Assembly: GCA_964550855.1 (NCBI GenBank) | Contig: CAZKBQ010000009.1 | Span: forward strand, 6,009-70,008 | Length of the DNA: 64,000 bases | Reading direction: 5' to 3' | Origin: an uncultured Anaerolineae bacterium | GTDB taxonomy: Bacteria; Chloroflexota; Anaerolineae; Fen-1058 | In this document: piece after piece, positions 17,779 through 26,692 of the stretch | How the letters are laid out: every line of letters starts with the position of its first letter | Position numbering within the stretch: position 1 is the stretch's first letter | Program-made: the position numbers and the translations under genes | Notes under the pieces: generated by a model | The model's database searches: none | What the model was told of the DNA's origin: nothing | Seen by the model: only the letters and a program-made list of their open reading frames with translations

Positions 17779-17841
17779 TTACGTTTTACGTTTTACGTTT
17801 TACGTATTGCGTATTGCGTGTCACGTCTCACGTTTCACTCG
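17779..17841. repeat. Tandem heptanucleotide array (TTACGTN x9)
   Basis: TTACGTT x3, TTACGTA, TTGCGTA, TTGCGTG, TCACGTC, TCACGTT, TCACTCG. It has exact 7-nt phasing over 63 nt and lies in the spacer between two minus-strand genes. Confidence 0.9.
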
Positions 17842-17853
17842 CCGCCCGTTCGC

Positions 17854-19290
17854 TCAATACGCGCCCTCACCCGACAACACCTTGGGGATCATTCGCAGCA
17901 AAATCTTGATGTCCAGCGCGGGCGACCAGTTCTCGATGTAGTAGATGTCCAGCAGACATTGCTCGTCGAAGCTGAGCTGCGCGCGCCCCGACACCTGCGA
18001 CAGGCCCGCCATGCCCGGCGGCGCTTCCAGCACCTGCCGCTGCCAGTCCTGATACTGCGCCACTTCCGAGGCGATGTGCGGCCGCGGCCCCACCAGGCTC
18101 ATCTCGCCCTTCAATACGTTGAAAAGCTGCGGCAGCTCGTCCAGGCTGGTCTTGCGCAAAAAACGCCCCAGGCGTGTGCGGCGTGGATCGGCGCGCATCT
18201 TGAACAGCGGCCCGTCCATCTCGTTGAGATCACGCAGCTGCTCCTTCTCTTCCTCCGCGCCGGCCCGCATCGAGCGGAACTTGTACAGCACAAATTCCTG
18301 GCCGCGCAGGCCCACACGGCGCTGCTTGAAGATGACCGGCCCCGGCGAATCCAGCTTGATCGCCAGCGCCAGCAGCCCCATGAGCGGCAGCGCCGCGATC
18401 GAGATGATCAAGCCCAGCGCCAGATCCATCGCGCGCTTCACCACGCGATTGGTGCCGTGAATGGCGCCCGCCTTCAGGCCGATGAGCGGCACGCCGCCCA
18501 GATCCTCCACATCCACCCGGTTCAGGCTGAGCTGAAACAGATCGGGCACGGTGCGCGCCCGCACGCCGATTCGCTCGCACTGCTGAAAGATGTCCAGGAT
18601 GCGCTGCGGCTCCGTCCACGGCAGCGCGATGATCACCTCGTCCACACGTTGATCGGTCACGATGTACGGGATGCGGTACAGCCCTTCGAGCGCGGGAATC
18701 GGCCCGATGTTGCGCGTCACGTCCAGCCGATCGTCCACCACGCCCACCACGCGGTACCCCAGTTCCGGCAGCGCCATGATATTGCGGATCACTGTGCGGC
18801 CTACTTCGCCCGCGCCCACCACCAGCACGCGCGCCACCCCCCGGCCGCGTTTGCGCAGCCGACTTATCATCACCCCCCACGCGAAACGCCCGGCGCCCAA
18901 CGCCAGCACGATCAGCACCACGGCATACAGGAAAATCAATCGGGAATAGAAGAACGGCTGAAAGAAAAACGTGATGGCGATCATGAGCAGCATCGCCATC
19001 ATGGTGGCACGCGCGATGCGCCACATCTGATCGAGCCACAGGCTCAACCGGCGCAGCACGTACACTCCGTCGATCTTGAACGACATCAGCAGCAGCGCCG
19101 TCAACACCACCTGAAAGGGCAGAAAAACTTCGGGGGGATTGTCAAACGCCGGATCAACCTGCAGAAACAGCTGCAGGCGATAGCGCAGATAATAGGCCAA
19201 TAGAAACGCGGCGTTGATCAGCAGCACGTCGCTGATTACCACGCCCCACATCAGCCAGCGCGGATATTTGGATTCAGGTCGCAAGGCCAT
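17854..19290 (-). CDS. Polyprenyl-phosphate phosphoglycosyl transferase (bacterial sugar transferase, WbaP/EpsL-like)
   Basis: 478 aa from ATG 19290, abutting the upstream small ORF. N-terminal TM helices and a central Rossmann segment RVLVVGAGEVG. C-terminal PGPVIFKQRRVG...FRSM...SLDELPQLFNVLKGEMSLVGPRP. Confidence 0.9.
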   Translation of the reverse strand: MALRPESKYPRWLMWGVVISDVLLINAAFLLAYYLRYRLQLFLQVDPAFDNPPEVFLPFQVVLTALLLMSFKIDGVYVLRRLSLWLDQMWRIARATMMAMLLMIAITFFFQPFFYSRLIFLYAVVLIVLALGAGRFAWGVMISRLRKRGRGVARVLVVGAGEVGRTVIRNIMALPELGYRVVGVVDDRLDVTRNIGPIPALEGLYRIPYIVTDQRVDEVIIALPWTEPQRILDIFQQCERIGVRARTVPDLFQLSLNRVDVEDLGGVPLIGLKAGAIHGTNRVVKRAMDLALGLIISIAALPLMGLLALAIKLDSPGPVIFKQRRVGLRGQEFVLYKFRSMRAGAEEEKEQLRDLNEMDGPLFKMRADPRRTRLGRFLRKTSLDELPQLFNVLKGEMSLVGPRPHIASEVAQYQDWQRQVLEAPPGMAGLSQVSGRAQLSFDEQCLLDIYYIENWSPALDIKILLRMIPKVLSGEGAY

Positions 19291-19295
19291 GACGC

Positions 19296-19604
19296 TCACA
19301 ACGCTCCGGCGCGCGTCAACTGCATGGTGCCGATGATGATCATGATCAGGCCCGCGGCGAAGGCCAAGATATTGAGCGCCGGCCACCACCAGCCCGGCCC
19401 GGTGGAGTGAAACCGGCCCGATCGGTACAGCGCATCGAGCAGGTTGGCCGCCGGCCGCGAGCAGATGAACAGGCCCAGCAGCACACCCACCACGCCATCA
19501 AACTGGCGGCTGCCGGACATCAGTTGGCGCTGGGCAATCAGCGCCGCGTACACCGCCGCCGCGCCCGTCAAGATGACCAGCCCGATCGTCGATCTCAGGT
19601 TCAC
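19296..19604 (-). CDS. Small hydrophobic membrane protein (3 predicted TM helices), unknown function
   Basis: 102 aa with a GTG start. It fits exactly into the 300-nt gap between the GT4 stop (19609) and the transferase start (19290). Its composition is membrane-like and not an Arg/Pro-rich shadow ORF. Confidence 0.55.
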   Translation of the reverse strand: MNLRSTIGLVILTGAAAVYAALIAQRQLMSGSRQFDGVVGVLLGLFICSRPAANLLDALYRSGRFHSTGPGWWWPALNILAFAAGLIMIIIGTMQLTRAGAL

Positions 19605-19608
19605 GCGT

Positions 19609-20742
19609 TCACCCGGCTGCAGCGCGATATGCGGCCGCCGTGACCCGCGCGGTTTCAGTCCATGAAAATCGCCGCGCCTGCGTCAAGCCGCGTTCGCTCA
19701 GATCAGCCCGCAGCGCGGCATCGCTCCACAGGCGGCGCATGGCGTGCGACCAGCCGCTCACATCGTCGGGCGCGACATTAAGCCCGGCTTCGCCCACCAC
19801 TTCCGGCAGCGAGGCCGCGTTGGATACGATCACGGGCGTCCCGCACGCCATCGCTTCCAGCGGCGGCAGCCCAAAACCCTCATAGATCGACGGGTAAACG
19901 AAGGCGGTCGCCGCCGCATACCACAGGGCCTTTTCCTCGGCGGGTACAAAGCCCGGCAGGATGACACTGTCTCTCACCCCTGATCGATCGATCTCGGCGA
20001 AGACATCGTCGGCCAGCCAGCCCACGCCGCCCGCCAGCACCAGCATCGCGTCGGGCCGTTCGCGCTTGAGCTGCGCAAAAGCCTGGATCATCATAACCAG
20101 GTTCTTGCGCGGCTCCAGCGTGCCCAGAAACAGCAGAAACCGATCGGGCAGCTGCTTCCGGCGCTTGAACTCCGCCACGCTCTCAGGCGCAGCCGGCGTC
20201 AAGGCCGCATCCACGCCCGGATAGGCCACGTCGATCCGATCGAGCGGCACGTCATACAGCCGGTGGATGTCGCGCCGCGTGTGCTCCGAAATCGCCAGCA
20301 CGCGCCGCGCCCGCCGCGCCGATCGGCGCGTGCCGATCCGCAAATAGGCCTGATTGAGGCCGCGAAAATACTGCGGAAACAGGGCAAAACTCAGATCGTA
20401 GATGGTGACCACCGTGGGACGCCAACAGATTTGCGGCGCGACGAAGGCCGAAGCGTGCACCACGTCGAAGCGGCTAGCGGCCAGCGGCAGACGCAGCTGC
20501 TCCCACAGGATGCGCAACGCGGGTCGCCCGGTGGGCCAGCGCGTGGCGCGCGGCTCGATGGCGCTGCTCAAGCCGTCGGGCACATGGCGCGCAAACAGCG
20601 TCAGCCGCAGCTCGGGATCGACTTCCGGCAGACGCCGCACCGTCTGTTCGATATACGTATGGATGCCCGCGTTGCGGTAACCCGCGCCGCGCGGCGCCAA
20701 CAGATGCGCGCTAATCGCCACGCGCAGCGAGCGGTGAGACAT
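19609..20742 (-). CDS. GT4-family (GT-B fold) glycosyltransferase
   Basis: 377 aa from ATG 20742 (MSHRSLRVAISAHLL). The C-terminal EGFGLPPLEAMACGTPVIVSN motif is present. Confidence 0.9.
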   Translation of the reverse strand: MSHRSLRVAISAHLLAPRGAGYRNAGIHTYIEQTVRRLPEVDPELRLTLFARHVPDGLSSAIEPRATRWPTGRPALRILWEQLRLPLAASRFDVVHASAFVAPQICWRPTVVTIYDLSFALFPQYFRGLNQAYLRIGTRRSARRARRVLAISEHTRRDIHRLYDVPLDRIDVAYPGVDAALTPAAPESVAEFKRRKQLPDRFLLFLGTLEPRKNLVMMIQAFAQLKRERPDAMLVLAGGVGWLADDVFAEIDRSGVRDSVILPGFVPAEEKALWYAAATAFVYPSIYEGFGLPPLEAMACGTPVIVSNAASLPEVVGEAGLNVAPDDVSGWSHAMRRLWSDAALRADLSERGLTQARRFSWTETARVTAAAYRAAAG

Positions 20743-20780
20743 GAGCAGATTATACCAGTGCGAAAGAAGGATGGAGATAG

Positions 20781-20816
20781 GTAATGGGTAACGAGCAACG
20801 AACACTCGTTTGTTAC
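20781..20816. repeat. Short heptanucleotide-repeat hairpin (GTAATGG GTAACGA GCAACGA / TCGTT-T-GTTAC)
   Basis: It uses the same GTAACGA unit as the elements at 9283 and 10922. The imperfect inverted arms are GTAAC..AACGA / TCGTT.GTTAC. It lies between the two GT4 genes. Confidence 0.7.
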
Positions 20817-20833
20817 AGGGCGCTCATTTCCCG

Positions 20834-21946
20834 CTACAACGTTCGTTGCAGCCGCCGGTACACGTCGGCCGTGCGGCGCGCAATCTGCGCCTGCGTAAAC
20901 TGATCAAGCACGCGCTGGCGGCCGCGCTGCGCCAGCGCCTGACGCAAGGCAGCGTCGCCTTGCAGGCGCTGCAGATGCGCACTCAGCGCCGCCGCGTCTT
21001 CCTCGGGAAAGATCAGGCCCGCGTCGCCGATGACGTTGGGAATTTCGCCGCAGGTGGTGCCGACGACGGGCACGCCGCAGGCCATGGCTTCCACCAGCGT
21101 GCGGCCAAACTGCTCCAGCCAGTTGGGACGGCTGCGAGAAGGCAAGACGAGCACATCGAGAGTGCGATAGAACGCGGGCACTTCTGCCGAGGGCAGCCAC
21201 GCTTTGAACTCAACGCGCGGCGCGATGTTGAGCTGCCGCGCCAGCGCCTGCAAATTGTCACGTTCCGGGCCGCTGCCGATGAGGACGGCCTGCCAGTCAC
21301 CGGTCAGCTGCGCCAGCGCGCGCAGCAGCAGATCGACCCCTTTATCTTTGATCAGGCGGCCCGCGTAGCCCACCACAAACCGATCGGTGTGCGGCCGATC
21401 GATCGGGCTGAATACAACCGGATCGACGCCGAACTGAGGAATGACATCGATGGGGCCGCGATACCCTTTGTCGCGCCAGACCTGCGCTGCAGCCTGATTG
21501 CCCGCCAGGCAGGCGTCGGCCTGCGCCAGCACCTGTTGTTCAATCCAGTTGAACGGAAACGGATAGCGCCGGCAAAGGTTTTGCCAGCTGAAGAATAATG
21601 CGCGCGCGCCGCTACGCTTCGCCGCGCGCAGCGCCAGCCACGTGGCCAGGTTGTACGGCTCTTCGTCGATGTGGACTAGATCGGGTTTGATTTGATTGAG
21701 CAGCTGCCCAAACTGCGGATAGTAGTGCAGGTGAAAACTGCCGTTGAAGCGGATCGGCGTCACGATCAGCCGGTACGGCCCGATTGGGTTGGCGAGTTCC
21801 AATCGGATTTCGCCGCGCTCGTCGCGCCAGGCGGGCGGCACCACGGCGATCAGATCAATGTCGGGCAGGGCGGCCAGTTCGGCCAGCTTGCTGTGATAGG
21901 CGCCCACCACCAGCGCTTTGGACAACATGACGACTTTCAATACCAT
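20834..21946 (-). CDS. GT4-family (GT-B fold) glycosyltransferase
   Basis: 370 aa. EQFGRTLVEAMACGVPVVGT motif and an N-terminal KVVMLSKALVVGAY Rossmann-like start. Confidence 0.9.
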   Translation of the reverse strand: MVLKVVMLSKALVVGAYHSKLAELAALPDIDLIAVVPPAWRDERGEIRLELANPIGPYRLIVTPIRFNGSFHLHYYPQFGQLLNQIKPDLVHIDEEPYNLATWLALRAAKRSGARALFFSWQNLCRRYPFPFNWIEQQVLAQADACLAGNQAAAQVWRDKGYRGPIDVIPQFGVDPVVFSPIDRPHTDRFVVGYAGRLIKDKGVDLLLRALAQLTGDWQAVLIGSGPERDNLQALARQLNIAPRVEFKAWLPSAEVPAFYRTLDVLVLPSRSRPNWLEQFGRTLVEAMACGVPVVGTTCGEIPNVIGDAGLIFPEEDAAALSAHLQRLQGDAALRQALAQRGRQRVLDQFTQAQIARRTADVYRRLQRTL

Positions 21947-22028
21947 CTCCGCTTTGAAATGGAGTGTATTGGCAAGTCTACTGCGCTTTCGGCAATTGGC
22001 AAGGCGCAGTTGTCAAGGCACAAAACAA

Positions 22029-22065
22029 CCGCCGTGATCGAGCGTTGCCGACTCGATCACGGCGG
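22029..22065 (-). terminator. Intrinsic terminator of the cytochrome c gene
   Basis: 14-bp stem CCGCCGTGATCGAG / CTCGATCACGGCGG. On the minus strand it is followed by TTGTTTTGTG. Confidence 0.7.
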
Positions 22066-22088
22066 CAGTTGGCGATGGCGCGGCCGGG

Positions 22089-22961
22089 CTATTTGGCGTC
22101 CAGAAATGCGCTCAGCGCGGCAATTTCAGTGTCGCTCAGCTGCAAATTGGGCATCACGGTGTTGGGCTTCAGCTGCGCGGGATTCTTCAACCACTGGCTC
22201 AGAAAGGCCGCGCTGTATTTGCCCGGCACCAGATGCGGCGGCTCATCGCCGATCCAGACCGGCCCGAACTTCGGCTTCACCTCGGGATGAGCATGGCACA
22301 TCACGCAGCCTTTATCGATGAACAGTGCCCGGCCCAGCGCGGCTTGATCGCTGCCGGCTGCAGTGCCTCCGATTGGAGCCGGCAGCGCAACGCTGGTACC
22401 GGTAGCGACGAAGCCCACTACGCCGATAAGCACAGCTGCAGCGGCGATAAGCAAAGCGTAGCGAGCGCGTGTGCGCCGCCAGAACAAGGCAGCCACCATC
22501 GCCACGATCGTTCCGCCTGTGCCGACGGCCAGCGGTGCCGCATCGGTGACAGGCCCGGCGGTCGCCGGCAGCAATGCGGGCACAAACTCCGCCGCGACGA
22601 GTGGCGCCATATCCTCCGTTGCCATACCGAATTGTTCGATGTCCACTCGCCAGTTCCATGTGCCAGCGGCGGGCAGTGTAACCTCGGCAGTATAGTGGCC
22701 GGGTGAACCGGAACGCTGAGCGGTAACCGTGTACGAGCCGGGTGCATCACTACGCTCGAAGGCGACAATCGGCGTCAGATCGTCGCGCAGGATGCGGCCG
22801 TGTTGGCGCACCGTAAACCCGATCGAGAAAGCCCGGCCCGCTACGATTTGATCCGGCAGCGTGTCCAGGGTCACAACTGCCCAGCCGCCTGCTTCGGCGA
22901 TCAGCGCCGTCGCCAGCAGCAGCACCAGCGCCGCAATTAACGAACGTGTCAGTTTGTGCAT
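22089..22961 (-). CDS. Membrane-anchored c-type cytochrome with N-terminal YtkA/FixH-like beta-sandwich
   Basis: 290 aa. GGGAGG RBS, a signal peptide, a beta-rich N-domain and a central TM helix. The C-terminal CVMCH heme-binding site has a downstream Met ligand (NTVMPN). Confidence 0.8.
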   Translation of the reverse strand: MHKLTRSLIAALVLLLATALIAEAGGWAVVTLDTLPDQIVAGRAFSIGFTVRQHGRILRDDLTPIVAFERSDAPGSYTVTAQRSGSPGHYTAEVTLPAAGTWNWRVDIEQFGMATEDMAPLVAAEFVPALLPATAGPVTDAAPLAVGTGGTIVAMVAALFWRRTRARYALLIAAAAVLIGVVGFVATGTSVALPAPIGGTAAGSDQAALGRALFIDKGCVMCHAHPEVKPKFGPVWIGDEPPHLVPGKYSAAFLSQWLKNPAQLKPNTVMPNLQLSDTEIAALSAFLDAK

Positions 22962-23030
22962 GTCAGCCTCCCTTGACTGTGGTTGAGTTGCACTGGTATT
23001 ACAGCGCTCGCGCGGCGCGGGTTCCCGCGG

Positions 23031-23846
23031 TCACTTCAACGTCTCGGCAAAGGCTATGGCTTCCGCCAGACTCAGCGGCGTTTCCAATCGATAGGTGGTG
23101 TCGGTGTCGCCTGCACGCGTCTCCCAGATCAGCGTGTTGGCGTTGACGGGACGCTCACTGTCAAAGACGGGCTTGCCCTGTGCGTCCAACGTCATCAGGA
23201 TGTGCGGCGCGCCTGTCAACCACACGGCGCGCTGGCCGTTGACGACTGTCTCTGTGATAACAGTGCCGGCATCGGGGCGGCTGTTGATGGCTTTCTGGTA
23301 AAGCCACCATTGAGCCTGATACAGGACGAAACGCGGACGGGCCGGATCGCCGAAGATGAAGATGATTTGCTGAGCGTCGCTGCCGAGGCCGAAGACCTGA
23401 TCTTGAACGAAGACTTGCGAAGGCCGCTCGACCGGCGGCAGCAGCAGTTTGAACCGGGCCATGCGCTGCGCTTCAGCCAGCGTGGTTGGACAGCACTGCT
23501 TGAACGGCACGACGCCGGGCGTGGGTGTGGGCGCTGGGGTGGCCGCGGCCACAGTCGGCGTCGGCGGCACTTCGATGAGGTGAATGGTGCGCAATCCCAG
23601 AATCTGCGCGATGGCTTCGCGCGTCTGCGGGATGGCGATGAGCAGGGCCAGCCCGATGACGACGGCCACAGCCACGATCAACGCCGGGCGCAACCACAGC
23701 GGACGGCGGGCCGAGAAGCGCGATCGGGCTGCGGGCAGCCGCGGGCGCACCCGCGCGGCAAGGTTCGGGGTGGCAGGATAATCGATCGAGCGACCGGCTT
23801 CGATCAGCGCTTGTTCAAGTCGGGCAAAGTCGGAATCGTCAGCCAT
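23031..23846 (-). CDS. Anti-sigma factor-like membrane protein (DUF4367-type extracytoplasmic domain)
   Basis: 271 aa. Its start overlaps the sigma-factor stop by 8 nt. It has a single TM helix (ALIVAVAVVIGLALLIAI) and a C-terminal VNGQRAVW...YRLETPLSLAEAIAFAETL domain. Confidence 0.7.
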   Translation of the reverse strand: MADDSDFARLEQALIEAGRSIDYPATPNLAARVRPRLPAARSRFSARRPLWLRPALIVAVAVVIGLALLIAIPQTREAIAQILGLRTIHLIEVPPTPTVAAATPAPTPTPGVVPFKQCCPTTLAEAQRMARFKLLLPPVERPSQVFVQDQVFGLGSDAQQIIFIFGDPARPRFVLYQAQWWLYQKAINSRPDAGTVITETVVNGQRAVWLTGAPHILMTLDAQGKPVFDSERPVNANTLIWETRAGDTDTTYRLETPLSLAEAIAFAETLK

Positions 23847-24417
23847 GTTGGATCAAATCGATTAGATCAGGGTAGTCGGTCTGGATGATCGCGCGCAGGC
23901 GCGCCAGTGTCCGATGCAGACGGGATTTCACCGTGCCGATGGGGATCTTCAGTGTCTCGGCCACTTCTGCTTCGGGCAACTCCAGAAAATAGCGCAGCGC
24001 AATCAGCCGGCCTTGATCGGGCGAGAGCTGTTCAACCGCCTCTAACAGGCGGCGCTGCTGTTCGCGTTTGACGACGTGACCGTCGATGGACAATGAGCCG
24101 GCGCCCTCCACCAGCGTTTGCCGCGTGTAGCGCTCCGTCATGCGCGCGCGGCGCTGCGCCGCCAGCCGCCGGTTGAGCGCCAGATTGGTGACAATGCGCA
24201 GCAGCCACGGTCGCAGCGGCCGGCCAAGCTGAAAAGTCGGCAGCGCATCATAGGCACGCAGAAAGCCGTCCTGGGCGGCATCGGCCGCTTCCTGCTCATC
24301 ACGCGTGATGAGATACGCCGCGCGAAACGCGACTTCCTGATGCAGCCTGACAAGCGCTTCGTAGGCCGGCCCGTCGCCCTGCTGGGCGCGGGCGATCAAA
24401 CGCTGTTCGTCATCCAA
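23839..24417 (-). CDS. ECF-type RNA polymerase sigma-70 family factor
   Basis: 192 aa. Region 2 (YEALVRLHQEVAFRAAYLITRDEQEAADAAQDGFLRAY) and region 4 HTH (LPEAEVAETLKIPIGTVKSRLHR). Confidence 0.9.
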   Translation of the reverse strand: MDDEQRLIARAQQGDGPAYEALVRLHQEVAFRAAYLITRDEQEAADAAQDGFLRAYDALPTFQLGRPLRPWLLRIVTNLALNRRLAAQRRARMTERYTRQTLVEGAGSLSIDGHVVKREQQRRLLEAVEQLSPDQGRLIALRYFLELPEAEVAETLKIPIGTVKSRLHRTLARLRAIIQTDYPDLIDLIQHG

Positions 24418-24490
24418 ACGATGTCTCCCGCCCTCGACGGTGGTTCACTTGTTATACACCGACCACGCCCGGTTGGTTCCCTGCCGTGCG

Positions 24491-24518
24491 TTGACACGCA
24501 AACCTATTGTGTTATACT
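24491..24518 (+). promoter_or_regulatory. Candidate sigma-70 promoter for the GT39 gene
   Basis: TTGACA (24491-24496), 16-nt spacer, and extended -10 TGTTATACT (24510-24518), 50 nt upstream of ATG 24569. Confidence 0.5.
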
Positions 24519-24568
24519 GGACGCGCTTTGGCAAGAGGACGATACCGATTGCAATTCCCCGTTGATCC

Positions 24569-26611
24569 ATGCGCAACTGGCTGAAAGAATGGGCCCCGGT
24601 CATTGGCTTGATGCTCCTGGCCGGGGTCTTGCGTTTCTATGAACTGGGGGCCTGGCCGCCGGGCCTGTATCACGACGAGGCCTTCTACGGTCTGGACGCG
24701 CTGCGCGTGCTGGCCGGCGAGCGGCCGCTGTACTTTGCCGCCAACAACGGCCGCGAGCCGATGTTCATTTATCTGGTCGCACTCAGCATCGGCTGGCTGG
24801 GACGCAGCGTTTACGCGGTGCGCCTGCCCGCAGCCGTCATCAGCGTGTTGACCATCCCGGCCGTGTACTGGATGACGCGCCAGCTGTTTGCACGCGAGCC
24901 GCACGGCCGCCGTGTGGCGCTGCTGGCGGCGGCCTTCACCACCATCACGTTGTGGCCTGTTCATCTGGGTCTCATCGGTTTTCGCGCCGGGCTGCTGCCG
25001 CTGTTTGCCGCCCTGTCCATCGGCGCGGGGGTGCGCGCCTACCGATCGGGGCGCAGCTGGGACTGGCTGACCGCGGGCGTGATCTACGGCCTGTCGTTTT
25101 ACACCTATCTGGCCAGCCGCTTCACGCCGCTGGCGCTGCTGGTGTTCTTAGTGGTTATACTGATAGCGCGCCGCGCCCGGCGGCTGTGGCCGGGCGGGCT
25201 GATCTTCGCCATGGCGGCGGCTGTCACCGTCGCGCCGCTGGCCATCACCGCGCTCAACAACTGGGAGGTGGTGATGGGCCGCCCCGGCGAAGTGTCCATC
25301 TTCAACCCGGACATCAACCACGGCAACGTGGCGGGCACGGCCCTGCGCAGCGTCATCGGGACGCTGGGCATGTTCAACTTTCAGGGCGACCGCATCCCGC
25401 GCCACAACGTGCCCTATCGTCCCGTCTTCGACGCACTGGTGACGATTGTGTTCATTTATGGCCTGGTGCGATTGATCCTGGGCGCAATCCAGAAAACCCG
25501 ATCGACCCCGGCGGCCCTGCCGGACTTCCTGCAGCCTGATCTGGCCTCGACGACGCGGCTGTCGCTGCCGGGCCGGCTGACCAGCTGGTTTGTGCTGATC
25601 TGGCTGGGCGTGATGCTGATGCCCACCATGCTGGCCGAAGATGCGCCGCACTTTTTGCGCGCCGTGGGCGTGCTGCCCGCGGCCATGATCGTGCCGGCCG
25701 TTGGCCTGGATACGCTGCTGCGCTGGTTTGAAGCACGGCGCTGGCGCGCGATTGGACATGGACTGGCCGCCGGCCTGCTCATCGCCTCGCTGTTTATCAC
25801 GGTGACTGATTACAGCCGCTATGCCGTCGATCCGGAGACCGCCCACGCCTTTGAAGCGGCGGGCACGCAGCTGGCCGCGGAAGCGCGCACGGCCATTCTG
25901 GCGCGGCAGCGCGCGGTCATCGCCGACCGCTTCACGCGCGACTGGGCCAGCGTGCCCTTTTTACTGGGGCACAGTTACCAACCGCTCGGCGACGACGGCC
26001 GCCTGAGCGGAGTAGAGACCGACGCCTCATATGTGTTGTTTCTCTGGCCGTATGACACGGCGGCGGGGCCGTGGTGGCAGACGCTGAGCGCTTTTCCGCC
26101 GCCGCGCACAGTGCGCGTCACCGCCGGCCCCTCGGCGCGCGGCGATCTCGATCTGCAACCACACGTGGGTTACCTCAAAGTGCAAGTCGATCCGCAGACG
26201 CAGACTTTGTCGCCGGAAGCGGCGTTTGATAACGGCGTGGAATTGCTGGGGCATTCGATTCAGGCGCTGGATAACAATCAGTGGCGCGTGCAGACGTTGT
26301 GGCGCAGCAGCGGCACAGTGACCGACACCCAGACGTTCTTCGTCCACCTGCGGCGAGCCAATGCGCTGGCGAGCACGCGCGACGGCGACAGCGGCGACGG
26401 TTTCTATCCGCTGGCAGTGTGGCGGCCCGGCGATGTCATCATCGACGAACGGACGTTGGATGTGCCGGCCGGGGCGGATCCGGCCACGCTGCTGGTGGAG
26501 GTGGGCATTTATGATCGGGCCGGCGGACAGCGCGCCAAGGTATTGACCAACACTCAGGCGGTCATCGACAATGCGATTTTGCTGGGCGGGCCGGGGGCGG
26601 TGGGACCCTGA
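24569..26611 (+). CDS. GT-C fold membrane glycosyltransferase (GT39 / ArnT-like) with C-terminal beta-sandwich domain
   Basis: 680 aa. N-terminal LRFYELGAWPPGLYHDEAFYGLDA (acidic first loop), about 13 TM helices, and a soluble C-terminus (PLAVWRPGDVIIDERTLDVP...VEVGIYD). Confidence 0.9.
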   Translation: MRNWLKEWAPVIGLMLLAGVLRFYELGAWPPGLYHDEAFYGLDALRVLAGERPLYFAANNGREPMFIYLVALSIGWLGRSVYAVRLPAAVISVLTIPAVYWMTRQLFAREPHGRRVALLAAAFTTITLWPVHLGLIGFRAGLLPLFAALSIGAGVRAYRSGRSWDWLTAGVIYGLSFYTYLASRFTPLALLVFLVVILIARRARRLWPGGLIFAMAAAVTVAPLAITALNNWEVVMGRPGEVSIFNPDINHGNVAGTALRSVIGTLGMFNFQGDRIPRHNVPYRPVFDALVTIVFIYGLVRLILGAIQKTRSTPAALPDFLQPDLASTTRLSLPGRLTSWFVLIWLGVMLMPTMLAEDAPHFLRAVGVLPAAMIVPAVGLDTLLRWFEARRWRAIGHGLAAGLLIASLFITVTDYSRYAVDPETAHAFEAAGTQLAAEARTAILARQRAVIADRFTRDWASVPFLLGHSYQPLGDDGRLSGVETDASYVLFLWPYDTAAGPWWQTLSAFPPPRTVRVTAGPSARGDLDLQPHVGYLKVQVDPQTQTLSPEAAFDNGVELLGHSIQALDNNQWRVQTLWRSSGTVTDTQTFFVHLRRANALASTRDGDSGDGFYPLAVWRPGDVIIDERTLDVPAGADPATLLVEVGIYDRAGGQRAKVLTNTQAVIDNAILLGGPGAVGP

Positions 26612-26637
26612 GGCTGAAGCGAAGTGAATAAGGGTGG

Positions 26638-26674
26638 AAAACCGATCGGGTATACTTGAACCGATCGGTTTTTT
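26638..26674 (+). terminator. Rho-independent terminator
   Basis: 12-bp stem AAAACCGATCGG / CCGATCGGTTTT with an 11-nt loop, running into a T-tract (TTTTTT). Confidence 0.8.
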
Positions 26675-26692
26675 GGGAGATTCAAAGGAATC

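Noticed and set aside
17818-19203. 461-aa plus-strand ORF antisense to the phosphoglycosyl transferase
   Set aside because: The His/Arg/Gln-rich translation has no hydrophobic helices. The minus frame has the canonical sugar-transferase C-terminal domain.
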